IMG/VR virus record: IMGVR_UViG_3300031933_000215
Span: 124,001-188,000 of that record
DNA: 64,000 nucleotides
Reading direction: 5' to 3' (one strand)
The notes below the pieces were generated by a model, which worked only from the letters and a program-made list of their open reading frames with translations, did not search any database and had not been told where the DNA came from. Shown here piece after piece: positions 31,176 to 40,057 of this stretch (position 1 is the stretch's first letter; every line of letters begins with the position of its first letter). Both the position numbers and the translations under genes were made by a program.

Positions 31176-32210
31176 TCATCCGTTCAGATTCATTTGTTTC
31201 AACACGTCTCGGTCTGCGTGGTACAAGTACCCGATGAAATTGTTATTCATGTTATCCCGAAATTCCGTGCGACCAAAAATTTGACTACAGTGGGTATTTA
31301 TATCCATGTTGACCAGGTCTCTGGCTTTCGTTACCGTGAACGAACCCTCAGGAAGAACCCTGAGTAGGTGGTTCAGGAATGGATCGGTGGTTCCATTCTT
31401 CGCATGGACTTTTTCGACAAGCTCACGTATTTCCTTGTGGTGCCTTTTAATAAACGCCACATTCCCTGGGTGGTTATCTGGATTGAACAGCACTGTGTCC
31501 TCCAGTGCTTCGATCTGGTCGTCGATATCGTCCCGTTCCAAGTCAATATCAAACCCAAAGTTTTGCTTTAGGTTGTAGATCCCATATAACAAGTCACGTC
31601 GCACGCCCACGAAGTCCCATGCCACTGATTTCCAGAGGATTGTTTCCATGCGCTCTACGAACGCGGATACGTAGCGATCAGATGGGTCAAAATCAACCAA
31701 GAGAACATGCGCCAGTAAGTATTCAAAACTGATACGCTCTTTCAGTTCGGCTGGGACGGGGCGCGGTTCTACTTCCTCATACCAAGCCCTTACAGCATCC
31801 AGGGTGGGGATTGTGATGTTTCGAAAACCGTCTTTTCGCGAACCTTTGGTACTGGTGCGACTTCCATGCTCGTACTTGTGGTTCACCGCATTCAGTTTCA
31901 AGAATCGATGTACCATCTCCACACTTGCCAGTGGGAATAAGGATCGCAGCCAGACCACCAAAAAGTAATTCAGGGAACGCTCGTCTATTAAAATGGTGGT
32001 CTTTTGTCCGATAGGCGTCAGGCATTCAACAAATGTGAATAGGTCACCAAAGTCTCTCTCGATTGCGTCGACCGACACAAACTGATACAATGGCCTAGGG
32101 CCATGCGTTACACGACACTGTCCAAGTGGTCCTACATAGACCAAGTTGTTGCGACCTACATTTCCAGTGAAATCGTAATCAATATAAACCTTATCCAACA
32201 AATGTAACAT
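31176..32210 (-). CDS. Hypothetical protein, paralog 3 of a tandem triplet
   Basis: MLHLLDKVYIDYDF; SFEYLLAH; ME.ILW; IFGR; YLY shared with the two upstream genes. Confidence 0.7.
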   Translation of the reverse strand: MLHLLDKVYIDYDFTGNVGRNNLVYVGPLGQCRVTHGPRPLYQFVSVDAIERDFGDLFTFVECLTPIGQKTTILIDERSLNYFLVVWLRSLFPLASVEMVHRFLKLNAVNHKYEHGSRTSTKGSRKDGFRNITIPTLDAVRAWYEEVEPRPVPAELKERISFEYLLAHVLLVDFDPSDRYVSAFVERMETILWKSVAWDFVGVRRDLLYGIYNLKQNFGFDIDLERDDIDDQIEALEDTVLFNPDNHPGNVAFIKRHHKEIRELVEKVHAKNGTTDPFLNHLLRVLPEGSFTVTKARDLVNMDINTHCSQIFGRTEFRDNMNNNFIGYLYHADRDVLKQMNLNG

Positions 32211-32232
32211 TATTTTTTTTACCTGCCGTCAG

Positions 32233-33270
32233 TCAGCCGTTCATTTTGAAATACTTCAAGGTCTCCGGCGTCAGATTGTAAAGATAATTAACAAAGACGC
32301 CGTTCGTGTCTTTGGTCATCTTCTCTCGACCAAAAAGAAAAGACCAGAGTGATTCTCTGTCGACAGCCACCAGTTCTTTCAGAACACTCCCGGTGAATGG
32401 TCGTTCCGGGTCTAAAAGGTCAAACAAGAAACGCCGATACTGGTCACCGTACCCAAGAAGCTCATCCACTTTATCCATCATCTTTCTGATGTACGCGTAA
32501 TCCGCTTTGACGACATCCACGTCTTTATAGGTTATTGCCGGGTCGAAAAACCGCTTAACCTCAGGCTGATTAAGTTGGTACTCGATATCATTTCGATCAA
32601 AATTAATCGGCAGACCAAGTGTTTTCTTCAACCTAAACCCATTGTAGAAAGCCGCCATTCGACGCTTAACAAAATCCCTAGCGCAGGATATCCACAACAT
32701 GTGTTCAATTTTCTTAGAAAGTTGATCTACATGCGGGTCAGCGTCGTCAAAATCCACACTTAAGGAGTGAGCCAAGAGTGTTTCATAGCTCAGGTGTTTT
32801 TTGAGTTCCGAACAATACCCACTACCATGTTTCGAACCCGCGTAAAAGCGTTTCGTGTCGTCCAGTGTTGGAGCCGGAAGCTGGTCAGCGTAATGATCGT
32901 AAGCAAACCCCCTAACTCGAACAAAACGATGGTGTATGTAGAAGGTCCTCAGGATTGCGTGGATGATTTCCACCGGCATCTCAGGATACACCGCTCGATA
33001 GTGGGTCACCACTAGCTGGTACATGTCGTCAATGTCCAACATTAACCACACGTCGCCTTCAGTAAGAATCAATGTTTCCATGAATGTAGGTAGGTCGCCA
33101 AAAGCATCCAACGCTTCTTCGAGGTTGGTGAATTCCATGAGTCCTTCGGGATGGAATTCATTTTGAGTATGCGTACGGTCGTCCAGATAAATGTACGAGT
33201 CGGTTGGTTGTTTCAGGTCAACGCTCGTAAATGCAAAGTCCGCCCGGACGTCATCAATTAAGTGCAGCAT
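32233..33270 (-). CDS. Hypothetical protein, paralog 2 of a tandem triplet
   Basis: Start MLHLIDD at 33270 behind AAGGA RBS; SYETLLAH, IEHMLW, LFGR, YLY. Confidence 0.7.
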   Translation of the reverse strand: MLHLIDDVRADFAFTSVDLKQPTDSYIYLDDRTHTQNEFHPEGLMEFTNLEEALDAFGDLPTFMETLILTEGDVWLMLDIDDMYQLVVTHYRAVYPEMPVEIIHAILRTFYIHHRFVRVRGFAYDHYADQLPAPTLDDTKRFYAGSKHGSGYCSELKKHLSYETLLAHSLSVDFDDADPHVDQLSKKIEHMLWISCARDFVKRRMAAFYNGFRLKKTLGLPINFDRNDIEYQLNQPEVKRFFDPAITYKDVDVVKADYAYIRKMMDKVDELLGYGDQYRRFLFDLLDPERPFTGSVLKELVAVDRESLWSFLFGREKMTKDTNGVFVNYLYNLTPETLKYFKMNG

Positions 33271-33272
33271 GG

Positions 33273-34322
33273 TTATGTTTCCTTTGTTGGGGACAGGACC
33301 ATATCTGAAATCTTTACAGGCGTGACTGAATGCAGGTAACTGAATATAAGGGAGCCTGTTCCCCATAATGCATCGTCGATACCGAAGAATGCACTCCACG
33401 GACGCTTCCGGTCGGCGTCAATCAGCTCGATGAATTCGTCGTGTGTGATCTCATGGTCCTTCAAGAAGAAGCTAACGGCGAGCTCCTTGAAGTCCTCTAC
33501 AATGTTATTGCGTTTGTTGTTAACGCTAATAGCGTGGTGGATTTTCTGGGCGTTAGCTGCAGTTATCTCATTAAGTGATTCATCAAACCCCAGCGCTTCA
33601 TCCAGCTTTGAGATTTGTTCCTCGATGTCGTCCGCCAGCGGATCGATATCTAGGTCTAGGTTTTTCTTTAGACCGAAGATTCCTAATAACAGCCTACGGC
33701 GCCATGTGGTGTAGTCAGTCACCAACATTTGCCACAACAACGCTTCCATCCGTCGTCTAAAACAGATGACATAAGGATCTGACTCAGAATAGTTACACGC
33801 ATGTGCGTGAACCATAAGGTATTCAATAGAAACGTTCTCTTTTACCAAATCGGAGAACTCACCATTTACTCCCGCCTCTTCGTACCAAATGCGCGTCTGC
33901 ATTGGTGTCGGGACTGTAAGTCCGAGTCTACCCTCACGATTAATGCTCGCGCGGGTGGAAAGGCGAATCTGGCTGTATTTTTGGTCGATCGTCACCATTC
34001 TCAAGAACCGATGTGTGTTCTCAAGCGTGATGTTTGGAAAAATACCACGCAAGAAATGAACGTAAAAACGGTTTAGATCTTGCTCGTCGATGAACGCCGT
34101 GACATCACGACCACTGTGAATAATGGATTCGATGAATCCATTTATACCACCAGGGGCGTCTATAAGCACATCAAGATTGGGGTACTTCATCAGCGGAGTT
34201 GCGTCTTGAGAAAAAGCCTTAGACCCGAGGGAGTTAATATAAACAATATCTTTCGGGTTGGCCCTAGCGTTCGGACTGGAAAATGAGTAATCAAGCGACA
34301 GGCCGTTTGTCAACCGGATCAT
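33273..34322 (-). CDS. Hypothetical protein, paralog 1 of a tandem triplet
   Basis: MIRLTNGLSLDYSF; SIEYLMVH, MEALLW, FFG, YLH; ATGA-coupled to upstream gene. Confidence 0.7.
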   Translation of the reverse strand: MIRLTNGLSLDYSFSSPNARANPKDIVYINSLGSKAFSQDATPLMKYPNLDVLIDAPGGINGFIESIIHSGRDVTAFIDEQDLNRFYVHFLRGIFPNITLENTHRFLRMVTIDQKYSQIRLSTRASINREGRLGLTVPTPMQTRIWYEEAGVNGEFSDLVKENVSIEYLMVHAHACNYSESDPYVICFRRRMEALLWQMLVTDYTTWRRRLLLGIFGLKKNLDLDIDPLADDIEEQISKLDEALGFDESLNEITAANAQKIHHAISVNNKRNNIVEDFKELAVSFFLKDHEITHDEFIELIDADRKRPWSAFFGIDDALWGTGSLIFSYLHSVTPVKISDMVLSPTKET

Positions 34323-34861
34323 CGTCTGCTCCTTGAACCGTGGCAGTTGCTGTGGCAGTTCGAATGACAGACTGACAGATCCACGATCTCACCGTTGTGA
34401 ATGCGTTCATATAACTCGTTCTGAACTGTTTGGATCAGGTCGGATAGATTTGACCGATCAGCATCGTTTCGAGTGGAAATGTAGGTCGGGTCACCACCGG
34501 CGGTTTTCAAGCTGTGTATGCTCTGGCGGTAATTATTGTTCAGTGCTGCAATACCCCACTCTTTATCGTGATCGCCGTTTGTGTAATTACTGCCAGAATA
34601 ATGACGCGCGGTGTAAACCTTGCGCATTGAAGTACAACGTTCCGCTTCGGCTTTGATCACGTCAACAACGTTACTTGCATCGACATCTCCGGTGTTTGCA
34701 TCAGTACCCCTATCAAAATGAGACAGTTCCACCAGCGGACTTTGGTCCATGTACTTGTCGTCCCGGGCAGAACCCTTCCACCATTTCGCTTGGTCCTTGG
34801 CGTACTGGTTGATGTTGTTATTGACAGCCGCGTGAAAATCACTCCGTTTTAAATCAGCCAT
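34319..34861 (-). CDS. Putative radical SAM substrate/precursor protein with CHSN-CHSN-CHGSRSRR tail
   Basis: 180 aa; 4-residue Cys-His repeats at the extreme C-terminus; directly downstream of the first rSAM gene. Confidence 0.65.
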   Translation of the reverse strand: MADLKRSDFHAAVNNNINQYAKDQAKWWKGSARDDKYMDQSPLVELSHFDRGTDANTGDVDASNVVDVIKAEAERCTSMRKVYTARHYSGSNYTNGDHDKEWGIAALNNNYRQSIHSLKTAGGDPTYISTRNDADRSNLSDLIQTVQNELYERIHNGEIVDLSVCHSNCHSNCHGSRSRR

Positions 34862-34862
34862 G

Positions 34863-35999
34863 TTAGAATACCTCTACAACTGGGATCGTTTTTGTATCCG
34901 AAGTCAGCGCGGACGGCTCTTTCTCATACCGAATGCCTTCCTCACCCATGAACCCATTGAGTACTTCCTTCAGGATGTCCTGATCGGTGTTTTTCATGGA
35001 CCGCATCATGGACTTTGGAGAAGCACAGATATCGCCCTGCCAATTAAGTTGATGACAATCGCCATTACAAACGTCAAATACGTCACAACTGAAACAGACT
35101 TCGTTCAGGGTGCTTTCGGTTGCAATGTTACATCCACGTCCTTCCGAGAACACGATATCTGAAATGGTTTGATCCAAGGTTCCGAACGTCGTCTCAGGGG
35201 CGCCATTGGGACACCCGCCAATGGTACCATCGGCGTTCAGGGTTAGAATCTTCTGTTCGCATTCCCGACTACGGCACCCGGAAAACGTATTGAATACAGT
35301 GCTGGTCAGCAGGCTTTCTAGGAACATGTTCAAGATCTTTTCGTACGCCTTGTGTTCCAACGTCTGTTCCCACATTTTCAAGAACCACGCGTCCAACTCC
35401 AGATTGGTAGGAAAAATACCGGTGTTCTCACGGGCGTTACCATTCTCAGTGATGCGTTCAAAGTTGATGAACGCAACCCCAAGGTTGGTCATCTTGTTGA
35501 TCAAGTCGATTGGCTCAACATCCATCAGGTCTTTGGACACGCAAATCATGACCGTGACGTCTATGCCTTCGGCCACTAACTTACGGACGTTTTCTTCCCA
35601 CAGCGCTTCTTGGTTGCGGTTCCCTTGCCAACGGATGCTGTAATCCCAGGATGTCCCGATTGAAGTTCCTGCCACTTTCTTCAGAAACGCCAGTCGGTCA
35701 TCTGTCAGCTTATACGTCAGGTTGGTTTGAATACCCCATGTCAAGTTATCCCAGAGTCCATCCAGCTCATCGTAAACCTTTTCCATTTTGTCCAGCGGGC
35801 AGAGCATCGGCTCGCCACCATGGAACGAGATGTTGGCGGAACGGAAGGTGGGGAACTGAGCTTTCAGTCGGTGAAAGAAGTCAATGGTGGCATCCGGGTC
35901 AAACCAACCCTTCTTCCCGTTGGTACCACTTGTGAAACAGTGCTGGCAGTTTAACTGGCAAGTTTCGGTAGTTTTCAGGTAGACCATTAAATCACGCAT
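34863..35999 (-). CDS. Radical SAM/SPASM-domain protein (peptide-maturase-like)
   Basis: YLKTTETCQLNCQHC, FHGGEP, IQTNL, TSWD; SPASM-like CRSREC...GGCPN...CFSCDVFDVCNGDC...C; start MRDLMV behind GAGGA. Confidence 0.9.
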   Translation of the reverse strand: MRDLMVYLKTTETCQLNCQHCFTSGTNGKKGWFDPDATIDFFHRLKAQFPTFRSANISFHGGEPMLCPLDKMEKVYDELDGLWDNLTWGIQTNLTYKLTDDRLAFLKKVAGTSIGTSWDYSIRWQGNRNQEALWEENVRKLVAEGIDVTVMICVSKDLMDVEPIDLINKMTNLGVAFINFERITENGNARENTGIFPTNLELDAWFLKMWEQTLEHKAYEKILNMFLESLLTSTVFNTFSGCRSRECEQKILTLNADGTIGGCPNGAPETTFGTLDQTISDIVFSEGRGCNIATESTLNEVCFSCDVFDVCNGDCHQLNWQGDICASPKSMMRSMKNTDQDILKEVLNGFMGEEGIRYEKEPSALTSDTKTIPVVEVF

Positions 36000-36075
36000 G
36001 GTACGTCCTCGTTTATTTCTAATGAATGTCGCTACTGTACAATCATGACCATAAGTAAAAAAAGCAGCAGTGGGC

Positions 36076-37005
36076 TTACACCCACTGTGCCGGCCAAACG
36101 ACCTTCCAACCACCGTTGACGTAGGCTTGCAGTTGATTGTTACGGACCCGCAGACTGGTCTCGTCTGTAGAACCAATTCGCACGTAACGCCCGTCGTGGT
36201 GATTCACGTTCGGGTTAGCGTGGGTGGCAAGTGCGACACCCACGGCGTGTGGTGACATGTACCGGGTTTTGGTGGACATGTCCGCCGCCTGGGTATCCGT
36301 GGCCATTTTGTAGTTTTCGACGTCCCCCAGTCCCACCTGGGCCTTAGTAACCTTGTGTGGGTTGGTGCCGTCTTCCATGTGGTCGACCAAGCGGTTCTCG
36401 ACTCGGTTTCGATCTTCGGCTGCTTCTTCAAACAACATCAACGCGTAGGCACGCGTTTCATCGTGAAGTGCTTGGTCACCAGCCATGATCGCCTGAACAA
36501 TCCGTTCCAGTTCGGTGACAACCGGCTCAAACCCATACAGTTCCCACAAGGCGTGCAGGTGGCCAGCCGCTGGGTACTCGTTAGGCTTGCCGATGATGTT
36601 GGCCCACTCCACGGGCCGATCTTCTTCAGCCAGTGTGTCGATCACCTGCTGGAGTGCGTCGGTTGAAACTGCAAAGTCTCCACCCACTACCTGGTAATCC
36701 AGGAACACACTGGTCGAAACATTGGGGTTAACAACGATGATCGCCCCACAGACTTCCAGACCGCTTCGGGTCGTGGCCCGTTCGTACAGGTAAGTGGCGA
36801 TATAATCATCGCCCTTACGAAGCTCTGCACCTGACACATCCCGGAGGACCATGTCGCGGGTGTAGAACCCGCCGTAATTGGGAACCAAGACCCGGTAGTT
36901 ACCGGTGGTCACGGCGGCGTCCAGATCGTGTCGCTCGCCCAGGATGCGGTTATCCGGATTCCGGCCCGTCAAATCCAACGGGTATTTGTTAACAATGAGT
37001 GACAT
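36076..37005 (-). CDS. Virion structural protein (baseplate/fibre-anchor type)
   Basis: YPLD.TG.NP.N.I.GE N-terminus; H.....NPH.VTK.QVGLG.V.NY fibre repeat; paralog of 37022-38668. Confidence 0.7.
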   Translation of the reverse strand: MSLIVNKYPLDLTGRNPDNRILGERHDLDAAVTTGNYRVLVPNYGGFYTRDMVLRDVSGAELRKGDDYIATYLYERATTRSGLEVCGAIIVVNPNVSTSVFLDYQVVGGDFAVSTDALQQVIDTLAEEDRPVEWANIIGKPNEYPAAGHLHALWELYGFEPVVTELERIVQAIMAGDQALHDETRAYALMLFEEAAEDRNRVENRLVDHMEDGTNPHKVTKAQVGLGDVENYKMATDTQAADMSTKTRYMSPHAVGVALATHANPNVNHHDGRYVRIGSTDETSLRVRNNQLQAYVNGGWKVVWPAQWV

Positions 37006-37021
37006 TTAGACTTCTCCGAAG

Positions 37022-38668
37022 TTAGGCTTCAAGTTGGGCGGACGCGTCATCGAATGCCGCAATCAGGGTGTCCGTGACGTCTTGGGCACCGGCACCGACG
37101 GTGGGAATCGGTGTCCGACCACTTCCACGGGTTGGGTAGTACAGACCAGGATCGGGCAGGAACTGACCTGTCGGTTGACGCACTGGGATGAATGTAATTC
37201 CTTCAGCGGGAACGTTGGTCACATCCAGTGACAGTTCCATGACCCGCTCAGCGCCGGTACCGGTGATACCCAACATGAAATCCCGCATGGGCGGGATGCC
37301 GTTCAGTGTGGTTATGTTTACCGTTTCGTTTGTCCAGTCGGCTTCAATACTAACCCACGCTTTACGTCCATCGGGTCCTGGTACGCTACCAAGCATGTGA
37401 AGGGGTTCGTCGGTTTCACTGAGGTGATAAAACGGCAGATGTTCATCGCGTCCGAAACTGTCTCCAGAGGTGAAGTCCCAGGTATACGTTGCGAAATACA
37501 CAAATTGCGTGTACATGTCGTCCTTGATGTCACCATACGTCATGTTCTCCAGCATTTGGGAGTTAGCAGCCGTGCCCAACAGGATGTCCTGTTTCAACCC
37601 TTCGAGGGTCATCCCAAATGTCCGGTCGGTGTCGTAAGCGGTACCATCGACCCGGAGGTAATTCTGCAAGATACCGTTGATGGTATCCATGCTGATTGCG
37701 CCGATATCCGCAGCGGTAATTCCGTGGGGGTTATTGGTGTCACTGAAATGCGGTTCCAGAACCTCGTCCTTGAGGGCTTGGATGACCACCTCTACCAGAT
37801 ACGGGGTCATGTACCGGTCGTTACGGGTCCCGTCATACGCTTCGCCCGGTGTGGCGATTCCGAAGTTCTGTACTAGCGAAAGACCTACGTCGGCTTTATC
37901 AGTACCGTGGGGGTTGTCGGCGTTCAGGTGTTCGTCAATTTCCCGTTGTACAGCTGCCCCTACAGCAACGTCCGTCGACTTCGGTGACATATAACGGTCA
38001 CTGCGGAGTCCTTCGGCTGCCTCGGTCTCGTTGGCCATCGGGAAGTTTTGTACGTACTCCAGCCCCACCTGTTTCTTGGTGACCATGTGAGGGTTGTCCC
38101 GACTGTTCATGTGGTCGGTTACAGTCCCCGCTTCCGTATCACCCAGTGCACGATTGATATCACCGATGGCTTCAACCACTTCTTCGAAACCGATCAGTTC
38201 ACCGGTGCCCTGATCGTGTGGGATCGGTGGGAACAACGCCGGGAGTGTGTCAATCTGACTCCATGCGCGAGTCAATGGGTTGACAGCTTTATTCGACAGC
38301 TCTTCCAATACGGCTTGATCTGAGAAGCCCCAGTGACCCCCGATGGTTTGGTAGGTCATGGACACAATACCACCGATATCGCGACTCAGGAAGCGCAGAG
38401 AACCTGCCAGAGCCTTACCGGTGTTGTTGGAGCCTTCGGGGAAATAGTGACCAAAGAGAAAGTCACGTCCTTCCTTATACAGACGACCAGTTGCTTGGTC
38501 ACGGATCTCAAACGACTCCACGTAAAACGGAGCCGCCTGAGGGATGATGAAATAATAGTCATCCCGGCCAGGGACCTGCAGGGTCTGCAACTCCCCATCG
38601 ATTTTGTTTGCCGGGTTGGTACCGTACGGGTCGAACTCGTACAGTCCCGTGGTGTTTACAGTAGCCAT
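37022..38668 (-). CDS. Virion structural protein with three NPH-type fibre repeats
   Basis: Y.FDP.G.NP.N.I.GE; NPHMVTKKQVGL, NPHGTDKADVGL, NPHGITAADIG. Confidence 0.7.
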   Translation of the reverse strand: MATVNTTGLYEFDPYGTNPANKIDGELQTLQVPGRDDYYFIIPQAAPFYVESFEIRDQATGRLYKEGRDFLFGHYFPEGSNNTGKALAGSLRFLSRDIGGIVSMTYQTIGGHWGFSDQAVLEELSNKAVNPLTRAWSQIDTLPALFPPIPHDQGTGELIGFEEVVEAIGDINRALGDTEAGTVTDHMNSRDNPHMVTKKQVGLEYVQNFPMANETEAAEGLRSDRYMSPKSTDVAVGAAVQREIDEHLNADNPHGTDKADVGLSLVQNFGIATPGEAYDGTRNDRYMTPYLVEVVIQALKDEVLEPHFSDTNNPHGITAADIGAISMDTINGILQNYLRVDGTAYDTDRTFGMTLEGLKQDILLGTAANSQMLENMTYGDIKDDMYTQFVYFATYTWDFTSGDSFGRDEHLPFYHLSETDEPLHMLGSVPGPDGRKAWVSIEADWTNETVNITTLNGIPPMRDFMLGITGTGAERVMELSLDVTNVPAEGITFIPVRQPTGQFLPDPGLYYPTRGSGRTPIPTVGAGAQDVTDTLIAAFDDASAQLEA

Positions 38669-38760
38669 GACCTCTCCTTACATGGTGTTTGGGCTGGTAG
38701 GCTGATCAATGGTTTGAGATCATAAGATTGACGCTTAACGCCTTAAACGAGGACATGCCT

Positions 38761-40008
38761 ATGTACAGTCTACACAGCGCTCATGTGCGGGTGGATCGTC
38801 GCAACGACCGTTGGGAGAAGAAAGACCTTGCCAACACCACTCTGCTTTCTTTGCGTAATGACTACGATGAGATCTGGTTATTCATCGACCATTACAGTTT
38901 TGACGCACCCCGAGCGTTGTACTTTGGGGACGTCATTCAACAAACGTACGACGACCCTAACGAACTCACACTCACCGAGTGGTTGTCGCAGGTTGGAAAC
39001 CAAACACTTCCGTTCCGGGCCACAGTTCCCCGACTCGATCCCAGTTACGTGAAATACGCACACGCTTGGCAACTCGGGTACACATTCACACCGGTGGGCG
39101 ACCCGGGAACCGTCCAGCAAGGTGGTAGTCGGTTTGACAAAACCGATCTGAAAGTTTACAAGGAAGGGATGGATAACGACTTTGTCGGTAAACACGCCAT
39201 TTTCAGTGTAAACGGTTTTCACCACATCACCGATTACGGACCGGACGGCGTGTTCGTTGTGGGCGGTAACCATTCATTGCGTCACGCCAACGACAACCAA
39301 ATCGGTCTATTGTCGTTTGAGGACATTGGTGAGATCAAATGCGTTCCAATCACCGATGACATGGTCACCGGAAACCAAGGCGACGTACCGCTGCGCAAGG
39401 GCGCTTACGTCACCATTCCGGACCACATCGACATTGAGAACAAAACCACACTGCTCGTCCTGGGTGGTTATCTTCAAGTGCTGGGTAAGACCTACACCCG
39501 AGTGAGCGATCGAACGTATCGTATTCAACTGGAACAATTGAACCTTTTGGAACGGTACTACGACAGTCGTCCGTATTTGGACTTCAGTTCATTGGGTCTG
39601 GATGTTAATGACGATAATCCGACCATGGTAAGTATCGATGAGTTTTTCCAAGACGATACGCTTCGCGCTTACCTAACGCTCCCTCAGAGTTTCTTGATCG
39701 TAGTGGACGCCGACAGCTTCTTCCAAGAACTGGAACCGCTGGAGCGATCGGGGTTGCCGGGTCGGTATTACGCACACACCGACTATCACCCGTATCCCGT
39801 GGTCGGCGCGTACGGACGCACCTTGGAATACCACACCCTTCAAGAAGACGGTACATTGGTATTGGCAACGGTTCGTAACCAACGCCATAATTACGACTTC
39901 TATCGTCAACCGTGGATGACTAACGAGCGGGTGGATTCGGGCCGATACCCCGAATGGCCGCATCAAGAAGGAGAGGCATACACCCGTCTGATCGGGGTTG
40001 AGAAGTAG
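38761..40008 (+). CDS. Conserved phiKZ-like virion structural protein
   Basis: Long ORF, GAGGA RBS; SVNGFHH, LVLGGYL, LT..QSF motifs recalled from phiKZ-like virion proteins. Confidence 0.6.
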   Translation: MYSLHSAHVRVDRRNDRWEKKDLANTTLLSLRNDYDEIWLFIDHYSFDAPRALYFGDVIQQTYDDPNELTLTEWLSQVGNQTLPFRATVPRLDPSYVKYAHAWQLGYTFTPVGDPGTVQQGGSRFDKTDLKVYKEGMDNDFVGKHAIFSVNGFHHITDYGPDGVFVVGGNHSLRHANDNQIGLLSFEDIGEIKCVPITDDMVTGNQGDVPLRKGAYVTIPDHIDIENKTTLLVLGGYLQVLGKTYTRVSDRTYRIQLEQLNLLERYYDSRPYLDFSSLGLDVNDDNPTMVSIDEFFQDDTLRAYLTLPQSFLIVVDADSFFQELEPLERSGLPGRYYAHTDYHPYPVVGAYGRTLEYHTLQEDGTLVLATVRNQRHNYDFYRQPWMTNERVDSGRYPEWPHQEGEAYTRLIGVEK

Positions 40009-40014
40009 CGACGA

Positions 40015-40049
40015 CATAAAGCCCGCCTCGAAGGCGGGCTTTATTATGC
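40015..40049. terminator. Bidirectional terminator
   Basis: AAAGCCCGCCT-CGA-AGGCGGGCTTT between convergent genes. Confidence 0.8.
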
Positions 40050-40057
40050 CGTTGGGA

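Noticed and set aside
32211-32220. Poly-T tract as a phase-variation switch (also poly-A near 50346)
   Set aside because: Intergenic A-rich translation-initiation context; no frameshifted gene associated
25150-35999. Radical SAM genes as QueE, NrdG, MoaA or viperin-like enzymes
   Set aside because: Partner genes of those pathways are absent, and the Cys-rich SPASM-like tails fit peptide/protein maturases better; not excluded without a search
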